The notes: generated by a model from the sequence alone, not told the origin. 32,000 bases of DNA from Clostridia bacterium (GCA_017409845.1 JAFQRY010000017.1:46171-78170); one strand, 5' to 3'. Shown: positions 1 to 10,528, counted from the stretch's first letter. Numbers and translations: made by a program.

Positions 1-2436
1 GCTTGTGTTGCGGTGGGTTTCTCTCGTTATTTTACCTGCTGATGTATCACAAACAAGCTCTCTTGAAAGCACATTGCAGCCGTATTCCGCTTTCACAAGC
101 TTGTGCTTTTCGTTCCAGTCAACAACGTGTTCAATTTCAATGCCCTTTGAGCGGCGGAAAAGACGGATTATCATTTTCCACTTGCTCTTTTCGGTTGCAA
201 AACAAGCCGCAAACTCTGCACATTCTCCACCTACCGAAACAAATTCAAGCTCTTTTTCAAGCTTCATTTCGCAGGGTCTGTCTTTATAGTCGGGAAGAAT
301 ATCCCATGCATCATAGTTGCCCGGTGTATCGTGATACATCTTAAGCTTATTGAAATCTCCCTTCACCCATTCACGGCACAGCTCTTTGTCCTTGAGAGAA
401 ATTATGCTGCCGTCGGGGGCGAATTCAATTGAATAAAACGGAGTTTCCGCTTTCAGCCCGTCAATCATTATCCAATCGGGCTCTGCCTCTTCTCTGATGA
501 TTTCACCGTTTGAAAGCCCTTCGATATCCGGAACGGCAAAAAAGCCTTTTTCACCATTTCTGACGATATCTCCGTTTTCATCAGGAATAAAGGTAAGATT
601 GCTTCGGGTGAAGTTGAGAGTGTTATAATACTCACCGCTGTTGCCTATAATTTCGGAAAGCTCTTTTTCCATCTCCTCGTAATCCGCCATTGCATCACGG
701 TAAACGGGAGTTATGTGGCTGCCCGGAAGGATGTCGTGAAACTGATTTATCATAAGCTTTTTATAAATGTTTCTGAGCTTTTCGGCGGGATAATCTTCAC
801 CCTCTATCATTCTCATGGTGCTGATAAGCTCTGCATCTCTGAGCATGAATTCAAGCTTTCTGTTATATTCCTTAAGCTTTGATTTTGTTGTGAAGGTGCC
901 TCTGTGCATTTCGAGATAAAGTTCACCGTCCCAGACGGAAAGAGCTTCGTTGCCGTCAAAATTCTTTGAAAGGAATTCCTTTGCGGTTATGTGCTCGGTT
1001 TCGGGCATGACGGAAAGCTTTTCAAAGCGATGCATAAGCTCGATCATTTCTTCGGTTGCTCCGCTTCCTCCGTCGCCGTAGCCGAACATCTGCATTGTCT
1101 GTCCGCCTTCGTTTTTATCCTGATAAGCATCCCAGTTTTCCTGAATCTGGCTCGGCATATTCCATGAAATAAAATGAGTCGGAGGTACGCATGCATAAAC
1201 ATCCGTGCCGTCAATTCCTCTCCAGATGAAATTATTGTGCGGAAATCTGTTGGTATCATTCCAGGTTGACATTTTGTTTGAAACAAAATAATCAACGCCG
1301 CTTTTTCTAAGTATCTGCGGAAGTATCCAGCTGTTGCCGAAAACATCGGGCAACCAGCAGTTGTTGACTGTTATGCCGAATTTTTCCCTGAAATAGCTCT
1401 GACCGTAAAGGCACTGACGGATAAGACTTTCGCAGGAAGGTATGTTGCAGTCGGGCTCAACATACATTGCACCGACGGGCTCAAACCGACCCTCCGCAAT
1501 TTTCTTTTTCAGTTCTTCAAATATTTCAGGATAATACTTTTCAACCGTTTCGTATGTATATGCCTGAGTATGAGCATATCTGAAATCGGGATATTTATCC
1601 ATAAGACGCAGCTGAATGAGCACGGTTCTGAGATTTTTCTGCACGGCATGAATTCTTCGCCAGTAATATGCAATGTCAAGGTGGGAATGAGCAATAAGTG
1701 CTACCCTGCCGCTGCCTTTATAGTCTTTATTTGAAAAGATATTTTTATCAATATATTCCGATGCCGCTCTTATATCATCATCACGCACATCGTCAAAATC
1801 AATCAGGTTGAGTGCCGAATCAATTTCACGGATAACGAGTGCCGAAAAATCCTCGTTGAAGACCTCGCTGAGTGCCGCATCAAGAAGCATTTCAAGGTCA
1901 TAAACAAGCGACTGCACCGCCTCATTGACAACGGCTATATATCCGCCCTCAAAAATCTGTCGGCAGCCTCTTACGCTCAGGCTTTCGGGGTTTCTTTCAT
2001 CATCGGGCTTTGAACGGTTATAGCCCATGATTTCAAAATGAAGATTTCTTCCCTCAACATAGGGGGAAAGGTCGAGTCTTTCACGGTTGGGGTCAATACC
2101 GCCGACATAAACGCCGTTGACCTTAACAATCATTTCCGCCGCCGTTTTGAGCAAAAAGCAGTATTTTTTGCCCTCAAGGTGCTCGGGTAATTCGTAATCG
2201 GCTTCGATAAACGCCGTGCCGTCGGGTGTAAAATACATATCGCCCTTATTCAGAGGACGGAATTCACCGCCGTCATAGAATTCGAAATTCATCTCGGAAA
2301 TCTGACGGGCATCCTTGATTTTAAAGGATGATATCTCGTGTTTTTCACTGTAAATATATCTTTTGAGCCATCCGAAGCGAAGGCTTATCCATTCTTCGGG
2401 TCTCATGCTTCTTCTTGTTACTTTGATATGTGCCAT
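1..2436 (-). CDS. GH38-family alpha-mannosidase (C-terminus cut by window edge)
   Basis: The frame is open from ATG 2434..2436 (GAGGTG SD 7 nt upstream) to base 1, so it is absent from the ORF track. Hand translation gives MAHIKVTRRSMRPEEW..., ALIAHSHLDIAYYW and CWLPDVFGNSWILPQILRKSGVDYFVSNKMSTWN, which are typical GH38 catalytic-domain motifs. Confidence 0.85.
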   Translation of the reverse strand, partial: MAHIKVTRRSMRPEEWISLRFGWLKRYIYSEKHEISSFKIKDARQISEMNFEFYDGGEFRPLNKGDMYFTPDGTAFIEADYELPEHLEGKKYCFLLKTAAEMIVKVNGVYVGGIDPNRERLDLSPYVEGRNLHFEIMGYNRSKPDDERNPESLSVRGCRQIFEGGYIAVVNEAVQSLVYDLEMLLDAALSEVFNEDFSALVIREIDSALNLIDFDDVRDDDIRAASEYIDKNIFSNKDYKGSGRVALIAHSHLDIAYYWRRIHAVQKNLRTVLIQLRLMDKYPDFRYAHTQAYTYETVEKYYPEIFEELKKKIAEGRFEPVGAMYVEPDCNIPSCESLIRQCLYGQSYFREKFGITVNNCWLPDVFGNSWILPQILRKSGVDYFVSNKMSTWNDTNRFPHNNFIWRGIDGTDVYACVPPTHFISWNMPSQIQENWDAYQDKNEGGQTMQMFGYGDGGSGATEEMIELMHRFEKLSVMPETEHITAKEFLSKNFDGNEALSVWDGELYLEMHRGTFTTKSKLKEYNRKLEFMLRDAELISTMRMIEGEDYPAEKLRNIYKKLMINQFHDILPGSHITPVYRDAMADYEEMEKELSEIIGNSGEYYNTLNFTRSNLTFIPDENGDIVRNGEKGFFAVPDIEGLSNGEIIREEAEPDWIMIDGLKAETPFYSIEFAPDGSIISLKDKELCREWVKGDFNKLKMYHDTPGNYDAWDILPDYKDRPCEMKLEKELEFVSVGGECAEFAACFATEKSKWKMIIRLFRRSKGIEIEHVVDWNEKHKLVKAEYGCNVLSRELVCDTSAGKITRETHRNTS

Positions 2437-2447
2437 TGCGTTTCACC

Positions 2448-2681
2448 TCACACATCCTGAAAATATGGCTTTTTGCGTATGCCGATAACTTTTATCTTTT
2501 CGCCCCTGTCAGCTTCGGCACGCTGTTCAATCCAGGAAAGACAGCGGTCAAGAATAAGGCATTTTGAGCATTCGCCCTGCAGAAGCACGGTAACCTCATC
2601 ACCCTCCTGCTTCACAAATGTGATTTCTCCCCCGTCCCCCTGAAGCCTCGGGCGTATGTAGCCGTTAATATATTCTTCCAT
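2448..2681 (-). CDS. NifU-like (Nfu C-terminal type) Fe-S cluster domain protein
   Basis: 77-aa ORF with the pattern IRPRLQGDGGEITFV...VLLQGECSKC, characteristic of NifU C-terminal domains. It stops 11 nt before the GH38 start, so it is probably co-transcribed. Confidence 0.75.
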   Translation of the reverse strand: MEEYINGYIRPRLQGDGGEITFVKQEGDEVTVLLQGECSKCLILDRCLSWIEQRAEADRGEKIKVIGIRKKPYFQDV

Positions 2682-2835
2682 GAGAGCACCTCCGGATCAT
2701 GTTCAAAAATATCCATTTTGATTATAACACTATAAATTATATATATCAATAAAATATAAAAATTTTTATAAAAAAATCTTTTAAATTATGTGTATATGTG
2801 CTAAAATGGAAGCAAAGATTTGTGAGGTGAACCGT

Positions 2836-4383
2836 ATGTTTGTTGTTACAAGCAATCAGATGTATCAGGCGGAATGCAATGCTGTCAAAAGAGGCATTTC
2901 CTTCCCTCAGTTAATGGAAAACGCAGGTCAGGCCTGTGCTAAAATAATAAAGAAACAATTCAATATCAGCCGTGAAAGCAAAAAGGATGTTCTTGTTATC
3001 TGCGGAAAGGGCAAAAACGGAGGCGACGGCTTCGTTATTGCACGGAAGCTCTGGGAATACGGTGCGGATGTTACCGTTATGCTTGCCTGCGGAGAGCCTA
3101 AAGCCCAGGATGCAAGGGATATGTTTTCGCTTGTTGAGGCGGCAGGAATTGATATCGTTCGTTATGATAACAATCTGACCGTTCTCAAAAGATTTTTCGA
3201 AAGAGCGGATATCATTGTCGAATCCGTTTTCGGGACTGGCTTTTCGGGCACTCTCGATCATTCGCTGAGCGTTCTTGCCCAGGCATCAAACGCCTCAAAG
3301 GCACCCGTTATTTCAATTGATGTTCCCGCAGGTACAGACTGCGATAAAGCTGTTGTTCAGGGCACAGCCTTCAGAGCAGATATGACAATTGCAATTTCGG
3401 CATATAAGCCAATACATATTATGAAGCCCTGCAATAAATTCTGCGGCAAAATCATAGTCGCCGACATCGGAATTATTCCTGCCGATTACCGCAATATGGA
3501 TACTCCCCCGTGCTTCACGCTCGGAATAAGCGACATAAAAAACAAGCTTCCGAAAAGGAAGCCCGTTTCAAATAAGGGCACCTACGGTCATGCACTCTGC
3601 GTTTGCGGAAGCATGAAAATGGTCGGTGCGGCTTATCTTTCGGTTACGGGTGCACTGCGGTGCGGAACGGGTCTTGTAACGGCCGCCTTTCCTCAGACAG
3701 CTTATCAGGCACTTGCACCTAAGTTCACCGAGCCGCTGCTTCTCCCTCTTGAGCCTAATTTTGACGGCACATTCGCATTCTCTGCAATAGCCGATGTTAT
3801 TGAGGAAGCCAAAAGAGTAACAGCCGTGCTCATCGGATGCGGCATCGGCTTCAACAAAGACACAACGACTCTCGTTCAGAATCTGATAAAAGAAATAAAA
3901 GTTCCCATGATAATTGATGCAGACGGCATAAATGCCCTGAGCACTAACATAGATATATTGAAAGAAGCTCAGGCACCGGTCATTCTGACTCCTCACCCGG
4001 GAGAAATGAGCCGTCTTTGCGGAAAGAGCGTTGCGGAAATCATTGCAGACCCCGTCGGAATCGCTCAGGAATTCGCTTCAAAGCACGGTGTTACCGTTGT
4101 GCTCAAAACCGCAAACACCGTTGTATGCAATCCCGATGCAGGCGGAATATATATCAACACAACGGGAAATTCGGGGCTTTCAAAAGGCGGAAGCGGCGAC
4201 TTGCTTGCAGGCATGACGGTTTCGTTTGTTGCTCAGGGTATGTCACCGTTTGACGCTTCGGTTTGTGCCGTTTTCCTTCACGGACTTGCCGCCGATGCCG
4301 TTGCACAGAAAACCTCAATGAGAGGAATGCTCCCGACCGATGTGCTCGACTATCTGCCTGAGCTTTTTTCAAAATTTGAATAG
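2836..4383 (+). CDS. nnr: Bifunctional NAD(P)H-hydrate repair enzyme (epimerase / ADP-dependent dehydratase)
   Basis: YjeF-N motif ICGKGKNGGDGFVIARKL and C-terminal kinase-like motif GNSGLSKGGSGDLLAGM. I prefer ATG 2836 (GAGGTGA SD) to the track start at 2788. The gene terminates at TAG 4381..4383. Confidence 0.9.
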   Translation: MFVVTSNQMYQAECNAVKRGISFPQLMENAGQACAKIIKKQFNISRESKKDVLVICGKGKNGGDGFVIARKLWEYGADVTVMLACGEPKAQDARDMFSLVEAAGIDIVRYDNNLTVLKRFFERADIIVESVFGTGFSGTLDHSLSVLAQASNASKAPVISIDVPAGTDCDKAVVQGTAFRADMTIAISAYKPIHIMKPCNKFCGKIIVADIGIIPADYRNMDTPPCFTLGISDIKNKLPKRKPVSNKGTYGHALCVCGSMKMVGAAYLSVTGALRCGTGLVTAAFPQTAYQALAPKFTEPLLLPLEPNFDGTFAFSAIADVIEEAKRVTAVLIGCGIGFNKDTTTLVQNLIKEIKVPMIIDADGINALSTNIDILKEAQAPVILTPHPGEMSRLCGKSVAEIIADPVGIAQEFASKHGVTVVLKTANTVVCNPDAGGIYINTTGNSGLSKGGSGDLLAGMTVSFVAQGMSPFDASVCAVFLHGLAADAVAQKTSMRGMLPTDVLDYLPELFSKFE

Positions 4384-4394
4384 CAGGTGATTTT

Positions 4395-4919
4395 TTGAAA
4401 AAAGCTATTTCCGTTTTTGCCGTTTTGCTTCTGATTATTGCGGCAGGATGTGAAAACCAAAGAATACACGAAACAAAAGAGCCTCCTTCCCTGCCCGAAG
4501 CTTTCACCTCAAAGCTCGGAGTTTCTTATGCCGGCACCGAAATGACCGCTGTTTTAACGCAGAAATCCTCTGAGGAATATGAGCTTCGGATGCTGACTCC
4601 CGAAATTCTCAGTCCGCTTGCTCTTGTCTATAAAGACGGAGTCTGCACGGTCACTTATGACGGACTGAGCTTTGAAACAGATCTTAACCGTTTTCCGCAG
4701 GTTTCATTCGGTGCATTGCTGACGGAAACAATCTCTGCACTCAGAGACGGAATTGACATTCAGACAACATATTCCGACGGAATACAGACCTTCAGGGGCA
4801 CGGGCGAGAGAGGAATTTTCGCCATTACCCGCAACACAGAAACAGGTGCCTTTATTGAGCTTACGGTTGAAGGTGCGGATCTTCATGTTGTATTCACGGA
4901 TTTCAAGGCGATTCAATAA
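4395..4919 (+). CDS. Putative lipoprotein, unknown function
   Basis: TTG start with AGGTGA SD. The N-terminus (L)KKAISVFAVLLLIIAAGC has a hydrophobic signal and a lipobox cysteine. Confidence 0.6.
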   Translation: MKKAISVFAVLLLIIAAGCENQRIHETKEPPSLPEAFTSKLGVSYAGTEMTAVLTQKSSEEYELRMLTPEILSPLALVYKDGVCTVTYDGLSFETDLNRFPQVSFGALLTETISALRDGIDIQTTYSDGIQTFRGTGERGIFAITRNTETGAFIELTVEGADLHVVFTDFKAIQ

Positions 4920-4942
4920 GATACTTAAAAGGACTGAAAAAA

Positions 4943-7705
4943 ATGACTTATTCAAAATGCTTCCCTGCATGGGGACCTTACGGAAAGAAATATATGGGTC
5001 TGTCCCGTATCGCGGACCACGATTTTGCAAACGGCGTGAGATTTGATTTCACCGTTGCTCCCGCAATTTTCGGCGGTGATATAAAAATACCGAATGCAAC
5101 TCTTCCGTCGGGCTGCCATCCGTGGAGATGCAGCAGTGATTATTCTCTTGTCACCTACCGCCACGACCTTGAATGGAAAGACAAGGTCTATGCCGAAGTT
5201 TCATATGCAAGAATTGATGACGAAAGCACTCTTGTCAGAACAAAAATCGTCAACAATTCGGAGCTTATTCAGAACTGCGTTATCAATTTCTTTCAGTCAA
5301 TAGAATACCCCTCACCCTCTTACTGTGCGCTTTCTCTTCCCGAAAAATGTGCGTATAAAAAAGCGGTTGAATATGACGGCTATTCATACGCCGTAACCCG
5401 TCCGTGGGATGAAGAAAATGCCGACGGCTTTAAAAAAGGTGAATTTGCCGATAACCGTTTTGTCGGCGGCTTCGGTCTCGGCGACAGAGCGGGCAAATGG
5501 CATATGCCGCACAGATATCTCCCTCCCTTCGGCTGCGAAAAAGGAGATACCGTTACTCTTACAATAAAGAATGATTATAATTTTGACAATGCGGTGCTTG
5601 CCGTTCGCTACAGAACCTCGGGCATTGAATATATTCAGGGCAAGATGGTCGGAGTCAATGTTATCAACGGAACAGACACCGCTTCATTTATCATGAACGG
5701 CAATACTCAGCTTGATTTTGAGCCGACCGACGACCCCGTTATAAAATATTTCACTCTCGGCAAGGTCAACAAAGGCGATTTTGAAATCAGACTTGACGCA
5801 CTCGGCACGGGCGGTGCGGAATTCGACTTTTTCTGCATATGCGAAAAAGAGGATGCATCGGAAATCAAAGCAGAAATGACCGCTTATGATTTCATGCCCG
5901 AAATCACAACAGAAAAATGTGCGGATAAGGGCTACACAACCTCCTGCAGATATAAAAATGTTGACGGTGAATTTATCCTTCGCACCTTCAACGACAACAC
6001 ACGCTTTCGCGAAATAGAATCGGGTGCACTTGAGGACTGCATGACCGCAAGGCTCTCGAATTCAGACCCGACCTTTGACGATGTTGCTGAAAGCTTCACG
6101 GGTGCATTTTCACGCAAGCACAGCGATGACGGATTTTTCCGCAATTCGATAGTTCACACAATTTTTATCAATCCGCAAAGCGAGCATATTGAATATGCCG
6201 TTATTTCAAAAGGCAAAACCGAATACAAATCCCCTGAGGAATACGAAAAAATCTATGAATCCCGACTTGCGGAGGTTGAGAAAATCAACCTCAACAAAGA
6301 CGGCAAAAAATACGAGCTGAGCAATGAAATCCTTCGTGCAACGGCAATGGTGAATGCGGTTTATCCTATCTATAAGCACGGCGAATATATCATTCACCAC
6401 ACACCGGGCAAACGCTGGGACTGCCTTTACACCTGGGATTCGGGCTTTATCGGGCTGGGCATGATGGACTATTCAAAGCGTTTTGCCGAATACAGTCTTG
6501 ACACCTATCTGAGCGATGAAAGCAACCCCGATTATGCGTTCCTGCATCACGGCTCACCCGTTCCCGTACAGATGTATCTCTATCTTGAAATGCTCAAGAG
6601 AGAAAACGATAAATCTAAGCTGCTTGCCCTTTACCCGAGAGTGAAGCTCTATTATGATTTCCTTGCAGGAAAAATCAGGGGTTCAACAACAGCAAAGCTT
6701 AAAAGCGGACTGACCACCACCTATGACTATTTCTATTCCACAAGCGGAATGGACGATTATCCGCCTCAGGTTGCAATGATGGACAGAAATATCCGTGACA
6801 CCACCGCTCCCGTTATTTCAACCTCTCAGGTTATCCGTTGCGGAAAAATTCTTCGCATGGTCGCATCAAAGCTCGGAAAAGCAGAAGATATCAAGATATA
6901 TTCCGACGATATTGAAAGACTGACAAATGCACTTACTGAGCATTCGTGGGATAAGAAAAGCGGATATTTCAGCTATGTTCTCCATGATGAGAATTATAAT
7001 CCCACAGGCTTCATGCTCACCGAAGACGGCGAAAATCTCAACAAGGGTCTTGACGGAATTTATCCGATTATCTCAGGTGCATGCAACGAAGAGCAAAAAA
7101 ATGCAATTCTCGGTCATCTCAAAAGCGAAAAAGAGATGCTGTGCCCCTACGGCATAAGTGCGGTTGATATGAGTGCAGGATATTTCATGGTCAACGGCTA
7201 CTGGAACGGAAATGTCTGGTTCCCGCACCAATGGTTTATCTGGAAAACCATGCTTGACCTCGGCGAAAGTGATTTTGCCTGTAAAATCGCACAGCTTGCA
7301 CTCGATATCTGGAAAAGAGAAGTTGACTATTCCTATTATACTTTTGAAATGGTCAGCGTTGTTACCGGCAGAGGCGGATGGTTCCACAATTTCGGCGGTC
7401 TTTCAACTCCGATAACAATGTGGGCAAACGCTTACTTCAAGCCCGGCACGCTCAACACGGGATTTGACACATGGGTTGACTCCGTCAATTTCTCCGATGA
7501 TAATCAGAAGCTTGATGCAGAAATAACATATTACGGCACAAGCGAAAAAATCACCGTCATTGCAGCAATGAACGGTGACGAAAGCAAGCAATATCAAGTT
7601 TTGTTTGACGGAAAAGAAATTCCGTTTAATGAAAGATTCAAGGGCACGGTTGAAATTACACTTTCAATTGCAGATAATGAAGTTCATAAAATTCAGATTA
7701 TATAA
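4943..7705 (+). CDS. Large (alpha/alpha)6-barrel-type glycoside hydrolase, GH63/MGH1-like (family assignment tentative)
   Basis: 920-aa uninterrupted ORF. The C-terminal half has YTWDSGFIGLG, GMDDYPPQ and NGYWNGNVWFPHQWFIWK motifs resembling clan GH-G (GH63/GH37-like) enzymes. It lies between mannosidase genes. Confidence 0.7.
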   Translation: MTYSKCFPAWGPYGKKYMGLSRIADHDFANGVRFDFTVAPAIFGGDIKIPNATLPSGCHPWRCSSDYSLVTYRHDLEWKDKVYAEVSYARIDDESTLVRTKIVNNSELIQNCVINFFQSIEYPSPSYCALSLPEKCAYKKAVEYDGYSYAVTRPWDEENADGFKKGEFADNRFVGGFGLGDRAGKWHMPHRYLPPFGCEKGDTVTLTIKNDYNFDNAVLAVRYRTSGIEYIQGKMVGVNVINGTDTASFIMNGNTQLDFEPTDDPVIKYFTLGKVNKGDFEIRLDALGTGGAEFDFFCICEKEDASEIKAEMTAYDFMPEITTEKCADKGYTTSCRYKNVDGEFILRTFNDNTRFREIESGALEDCMTARLSNSDPTFDDVAESFTGAFSRKHSDDGFFRNSIVHTIFINPQSEHIEYAVISKGKTEYKSPEEYEKIYESRLAEVEKINLNKDGKKYELSNEILRATAMVNAVYPIYKHGEYIIHHTPGKRWDCLYTWDSGFIGLGMMDYSKRFAEYSLDTYLSDESNPDYAFLHHGSPVPVQMYLYLEMLKRENDKSKLLALYPRVKLYYDFLAGKIRGSTTAKLKSGLTTTYDYFYSTSGMDDYPPQVAMMDRNIRDTTAPVISTSQVIRCGKILRMVASKLGKAEDIKIYSDDIERLTNALTEHSWDKKSGYFSYVLHDENYNPTGFMLTEDGENLNKGLDGIYPIISGACNEEQKNAILGHLKSEKEMLCPYGISAVDMSAGYFMVNGYWNGNVWFPHQWFIWKTMLDLGESDFACKIAQLALDIWKREVDYSYYTFEMVSVVTGRGGWFHNFGGLSTPITMWANAYFKPGTLNTGFDTWVDSVNFSDDNQKLDAEITYYGTSEKITVIAAMNGDESKQYQVLFDGKEIPFNERFKGTVEITLSIADNEVHKIQII

Positions 7706-7706
7706 G

Positions 7707-7736
7707 AAAAAGAACGGCTCAGCAGCCGTTCTTTTT
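7707..7736. terminator. Bidirectional rho-independent terminator between convergent genes
   Basis: AAAAAGAACGGC-tcagca-GCCGTTCTTTTT: an A-run, a 9-12 bp stem and a T-run. Confidence 0.65.
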
Positions 7737-8815
7737 TATACAACAATATCGTTCAACACAGCTTCAGCAAGTGCAAATTTATCGTCTGAGCCGAACTGCG
7801 AAAGCTTTTTGATTATGGGACCGTAGAATTTCTGGTCGGTCTCAACCTCTTTAAGCTCCTGCTCCTTCTGATATTCAAGATATTTCACCTTGAGCTCTTC
7901 AAGGAAGCCTTCTTTATCATAAACCTTAAGGTCGTCAACGCCCGTAAGCTCCGCAAGCTCTTCAAGCTGCTCAACGGCATCCGCACCGAATTGAACAACC
8001 ATTTCTCTGAAAACATCCTTTTCAAAATAGAAGCGTCTGCCCGAAAGGAAGCCGAAAACCCTGCGTGTGTCAAGATATCCCATACGGATTCTTCGCTCAA
8101 ACATTTCCTCGCTGAAATCAAAGGCGGCACCGAGCTTTTCAACATCATAGGGTCTGATATAAATCAGATCCGCACCCGAAAAATCGTTTCTGTGTCCGAA
8201 GCCTTTTCTGACCGAAATATCAACAAAAACAATGCGGTTATAGCCGTTTTTGCGAAGCAGACCTATGGGTGCGTTATCATAAACGCCTCCGTCAAGATAA
8301 CGCTCATCATCAGGACCGATTTTGCTCACTCCCGGCACCTTTGAGGATGCAAGAAGATAATCAATGAGCTTTCCTTCGGGAATATCCTTTATAAATATTT
8401 CAAGCGGAGAAAATTCCGAAAGCATGAATGTTACCATTCCGAAATCAATCCCGGATTTTCTGACCTTATCTTCATCAATATATTCGCGAAGAAAATCGCC
8501 TGTGGGCGAAGCGTCAATTCCGCCGTTTTTAATGACCTCTTTAAAAAGTGCAGGCAGATTTTTAAAGCTGAAAAGCTTTTCGGGATCTTTAAGCTCCTGA
8601 GTGATATTAACACCCTTATCAACCGATGCGGTTTTCCAGAATTCAACCGCCGCATCAAAGCAATCGGAAGCTATGAACGCTCCGTTGATTGAACCGACGG
8701 AAACGCCCGTGACTGCGGAAAATTCAACTCCGAGCTCACGCATTGCCTTCCATGCACCGAGCTGATAAGCACCCTTTCCGCCTCCGCCCGCAAGAACAAG
8801 ACCGTATTTTTCCAT
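7736..8815 (-). CDS. Patatin-like phospholipase family protein
   Basis: LAGGGGKGAYQLG oxyanion motif, GVSVG (GxSxG) nucleophile elbow and a downstream LDGGVYDN (DGG) motif. Confidence 0.9.
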   Translation of the reverse strand: MEKYGLVLAGGGGKGAYQLGAWKAMRELGVEFSAVTGVSVGSINGAFIASDCFDAAVEFWKTASVDKGVNITQELKDPEKLFSFKNLPALFKEVIKNGGIDASPTGDFLREYIDEDKVRKSGIDFGMVTFMLSEFSPLEIFIKDIPEGKLIDYLLASSKVPGVSKIGPDDERYLDGGVYDNAPIGLLRKNGYNRIVFVDISVRKGFGHRNDFSGADLIYIRPYDVEKLGAAFDFSEEMFERRIRMGYLDTRRVFGFLSGRRFYFEKDVFREMVVQFGADAVEQLEELAELTGVDDLKVYDKEGFLEELKVKYLEYQKEQELKEVETDQKFYGPIIKKLSQFGSDDKFALAEAVLNDIVV

Positions 8816-8997
8816 TTCCTCATCTCCGAGATTTTCTACTGTAATTATTTTACCATTTTATTCCCGATATGTAAACCTATATCACAAAAAGTTAATTAAT
8901 TGTTGACATATTACCATATAAATTATATCATTTATTATAATGATTATTATACAGACATCTTATGTTCAATGTCTGCTCAATGAAAGGATATTATCTT

Positions 8998-10281
8998 ATG
9001 AAGCTCCCCTCATGTGTTGAAAAGAGAATGGATGAATATTGCTCCGTTATTGAAAAATACAGCCCGAAGCTCGCAAAGCTTTACCGTAATTGCTATCCCA
9101 ACACACTCGAAACCGCTACTGAAATCACAGATGACGGCTCTGTTTTTGTTCTCACGGGTGACATTCCCGCAATGTGGCTTCGCGATTCAACGGCAGAGGT
9201 TTCGCACTACATTCCTCTTGCAAAGGATAATGAGGATATCAGAAACATAATAAAAGGCGTAATCAAAAGACAGAGAATGTATATTTCTCTTGAGCCCTAT
9301 GCAAACGCATACAAGAAAGAACCGAACGACCACAGGGAATTCGACGATTATCCCGAAAATCATCCCATTGTGTGGGAAAGAAAATATGAAATCGACTCGC
9401 TCTGCTATCCCATCCGCCTTGCTTATCTTTACTGGAAGGCAACGGGAGATAATTCCGTTCTCGGCGATGATTTTATCGAAAGCACAAAAATCACTGTTGA
9501 CCTCTGGAAAACCGAGCAGCATCATTTTGAAAAATCGCCCTACCGCTTCACAAGAAACAACTGCCCTTATCAGGACACGATTCATAATGACGGCATGGGT
9601 GAGCCCGTTGAATATACGGGCATGACCTGGTCAGGCTTCAGACCGAGCGACGATGCATGCAGATACGGTTATCTTGTAGCATCAAACATGTTTGCGGTTG
9701 TTGCTCTCGGATATCTTGACGAGATGCTGAAATCCGCATATCCCGATGAAAAAGAGCTTGTTGAAAAATGCTCCGTCCTTAAAGCGGAAATCAAAAAAGG
9801 CATCGAGGAATTTGCTGTAGTTGAGCACGAAAATCACGGCAGAATTTATGCCTGCGAAGTCAACGGCAAGGGCGATTATTTCCTTTTTGACGATGCCAAT
9901 GTGCCGAGTCTTCTTTCCGCTCCCTATCTCGGCTTCTGTGATTACGACGATGAGATTTATATGAACACCCGCCGCTTTATTCTCAGCAAGGATAATCCTT
10001 ATTATTATGAAGGTAAATTCGCAAAGGGTGTGGGAAGTCCTCACACTCCCGAAGGATATATCTGGCATATCGCACTCTCGATGCAGGGTCTGACAAGCAC
10101 CGATCCCGATGAAATCAGAAGCATTCTTCACATGCTTGAAACCACCGACGGCGGCACGGGCTATATGCACGAGGGCTTTGACGCAAACGACCCCGACACA
10201 TTCACCCGAAGCTGGTTCAGCTGGTCATGTGCTCTGTTCGCGGAGCTTGTTGAAAAAGCCGTTGACAAAAAGATTATTTAA
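8998..10281 (+). CDS. GH125-family exo-alpha-1,6-mannosidase (DUF1237-type)
   Basis: LTGDIPAMWLRDSTAEV motif and overall length are typical of GH125. I prefer ATG 8998 (AAAGGA SD) to track start 8962. Confidence 0.8.
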   Translation: MKLPSCVEKRMDEYCSVIEKYSPKLAKLYRNCYPNTLETATEITDDGSVFVLTGDIPAMWLRDSTAEVSHYIPLAKDNEDIRNIIKGVIKRQRMYISLEPYANAYKKEPNDHREFDDYPENHPIVWERKYEIDSLCYPIRLAYLYWKATGDNSVLGDDFIESTKITVDLWKTEQHHFEKSPYRFTRNNCPYQDTIHNDGMGEPVEYTGMTWSGFRPSDDACRYGYLVASNMFAVVALGYLDEMLKSAYPDEKELVEKCSVLKAEIKKGIEEFAVVEHENHGRIYACEVNGKGDYFLFDDANVPSLLSAPYLGFCDYDDEIYMNTRRFILSKDNPYYYEGKFAKGVGSPHTPEGYIWHIALSMQGLTSTDPDEIRSILHMLETTDGGTGYMHEGFDANDPDTFTRSWFSWSCALFAELVEKAVDKKII

Positions 10282-10308
10282 AAAAATCAACTTTTTTTCA
10301 AAAAAGAC

Positions 10309-10337
10309 TTGAAAAAACTAAAATATTGTGGTATTAT
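10309..10337 (+). promoter_or_regulatory. Candidate sigma-A promoter of the tRNA-Asp/tRNA-Thr operon
   Basis: TTGAAA (10309..10314), 17-nt spacer, TATTAT (10332..10337), about 28 nt upstream of tRNA-Asp. Confidence 0.5.
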
Positions 10338-10364
10338 AACATCCGTTCGATACGAGCGTACTAT

Positions 10365-10441
10365 GGCCCGGTAGTTCAGTTGGTTAGAACGCCAGCCTGT
10401 CACGCTGGAGGTCGACGGTTCGAGCCCGTTCCGGGTCGCCA
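10365..10441 (+). tRNA. tRNA-Asp (anticodon GTC), CCA encoded
   Basis: Hand-folded cloverleaf: acceptor GGCCCGG/CCGGGTC, anticodon stem CCAGC/GCTGG with loop CTGTCAC, T-loop TTCGAGC. 77 nt. Confidence 0.95.
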
Positions 10442-10452
10442 TTAATATTTTT

Positions 10453-10528
<76 letters not shown>

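Noticed and set aside
1-2436. Small ORFs in the track at 3..344, 5..289, 1044..1346 and 1509..1694
   Set aside because: All fall inside the long open GH38 frame, which the track omits because it has no stop in the window. They are on the opposite strand or in other frames and have no supporting signals.
7736-8815. Patatin-like phospholipase as a CBASS-type or other defence effector
   Set aside because: No cyclase, sensor or other defence partner is adjacent. Its composition is host-like, and it sits between housekeeping-like glycosidase genes with its own bidirectional terminator.
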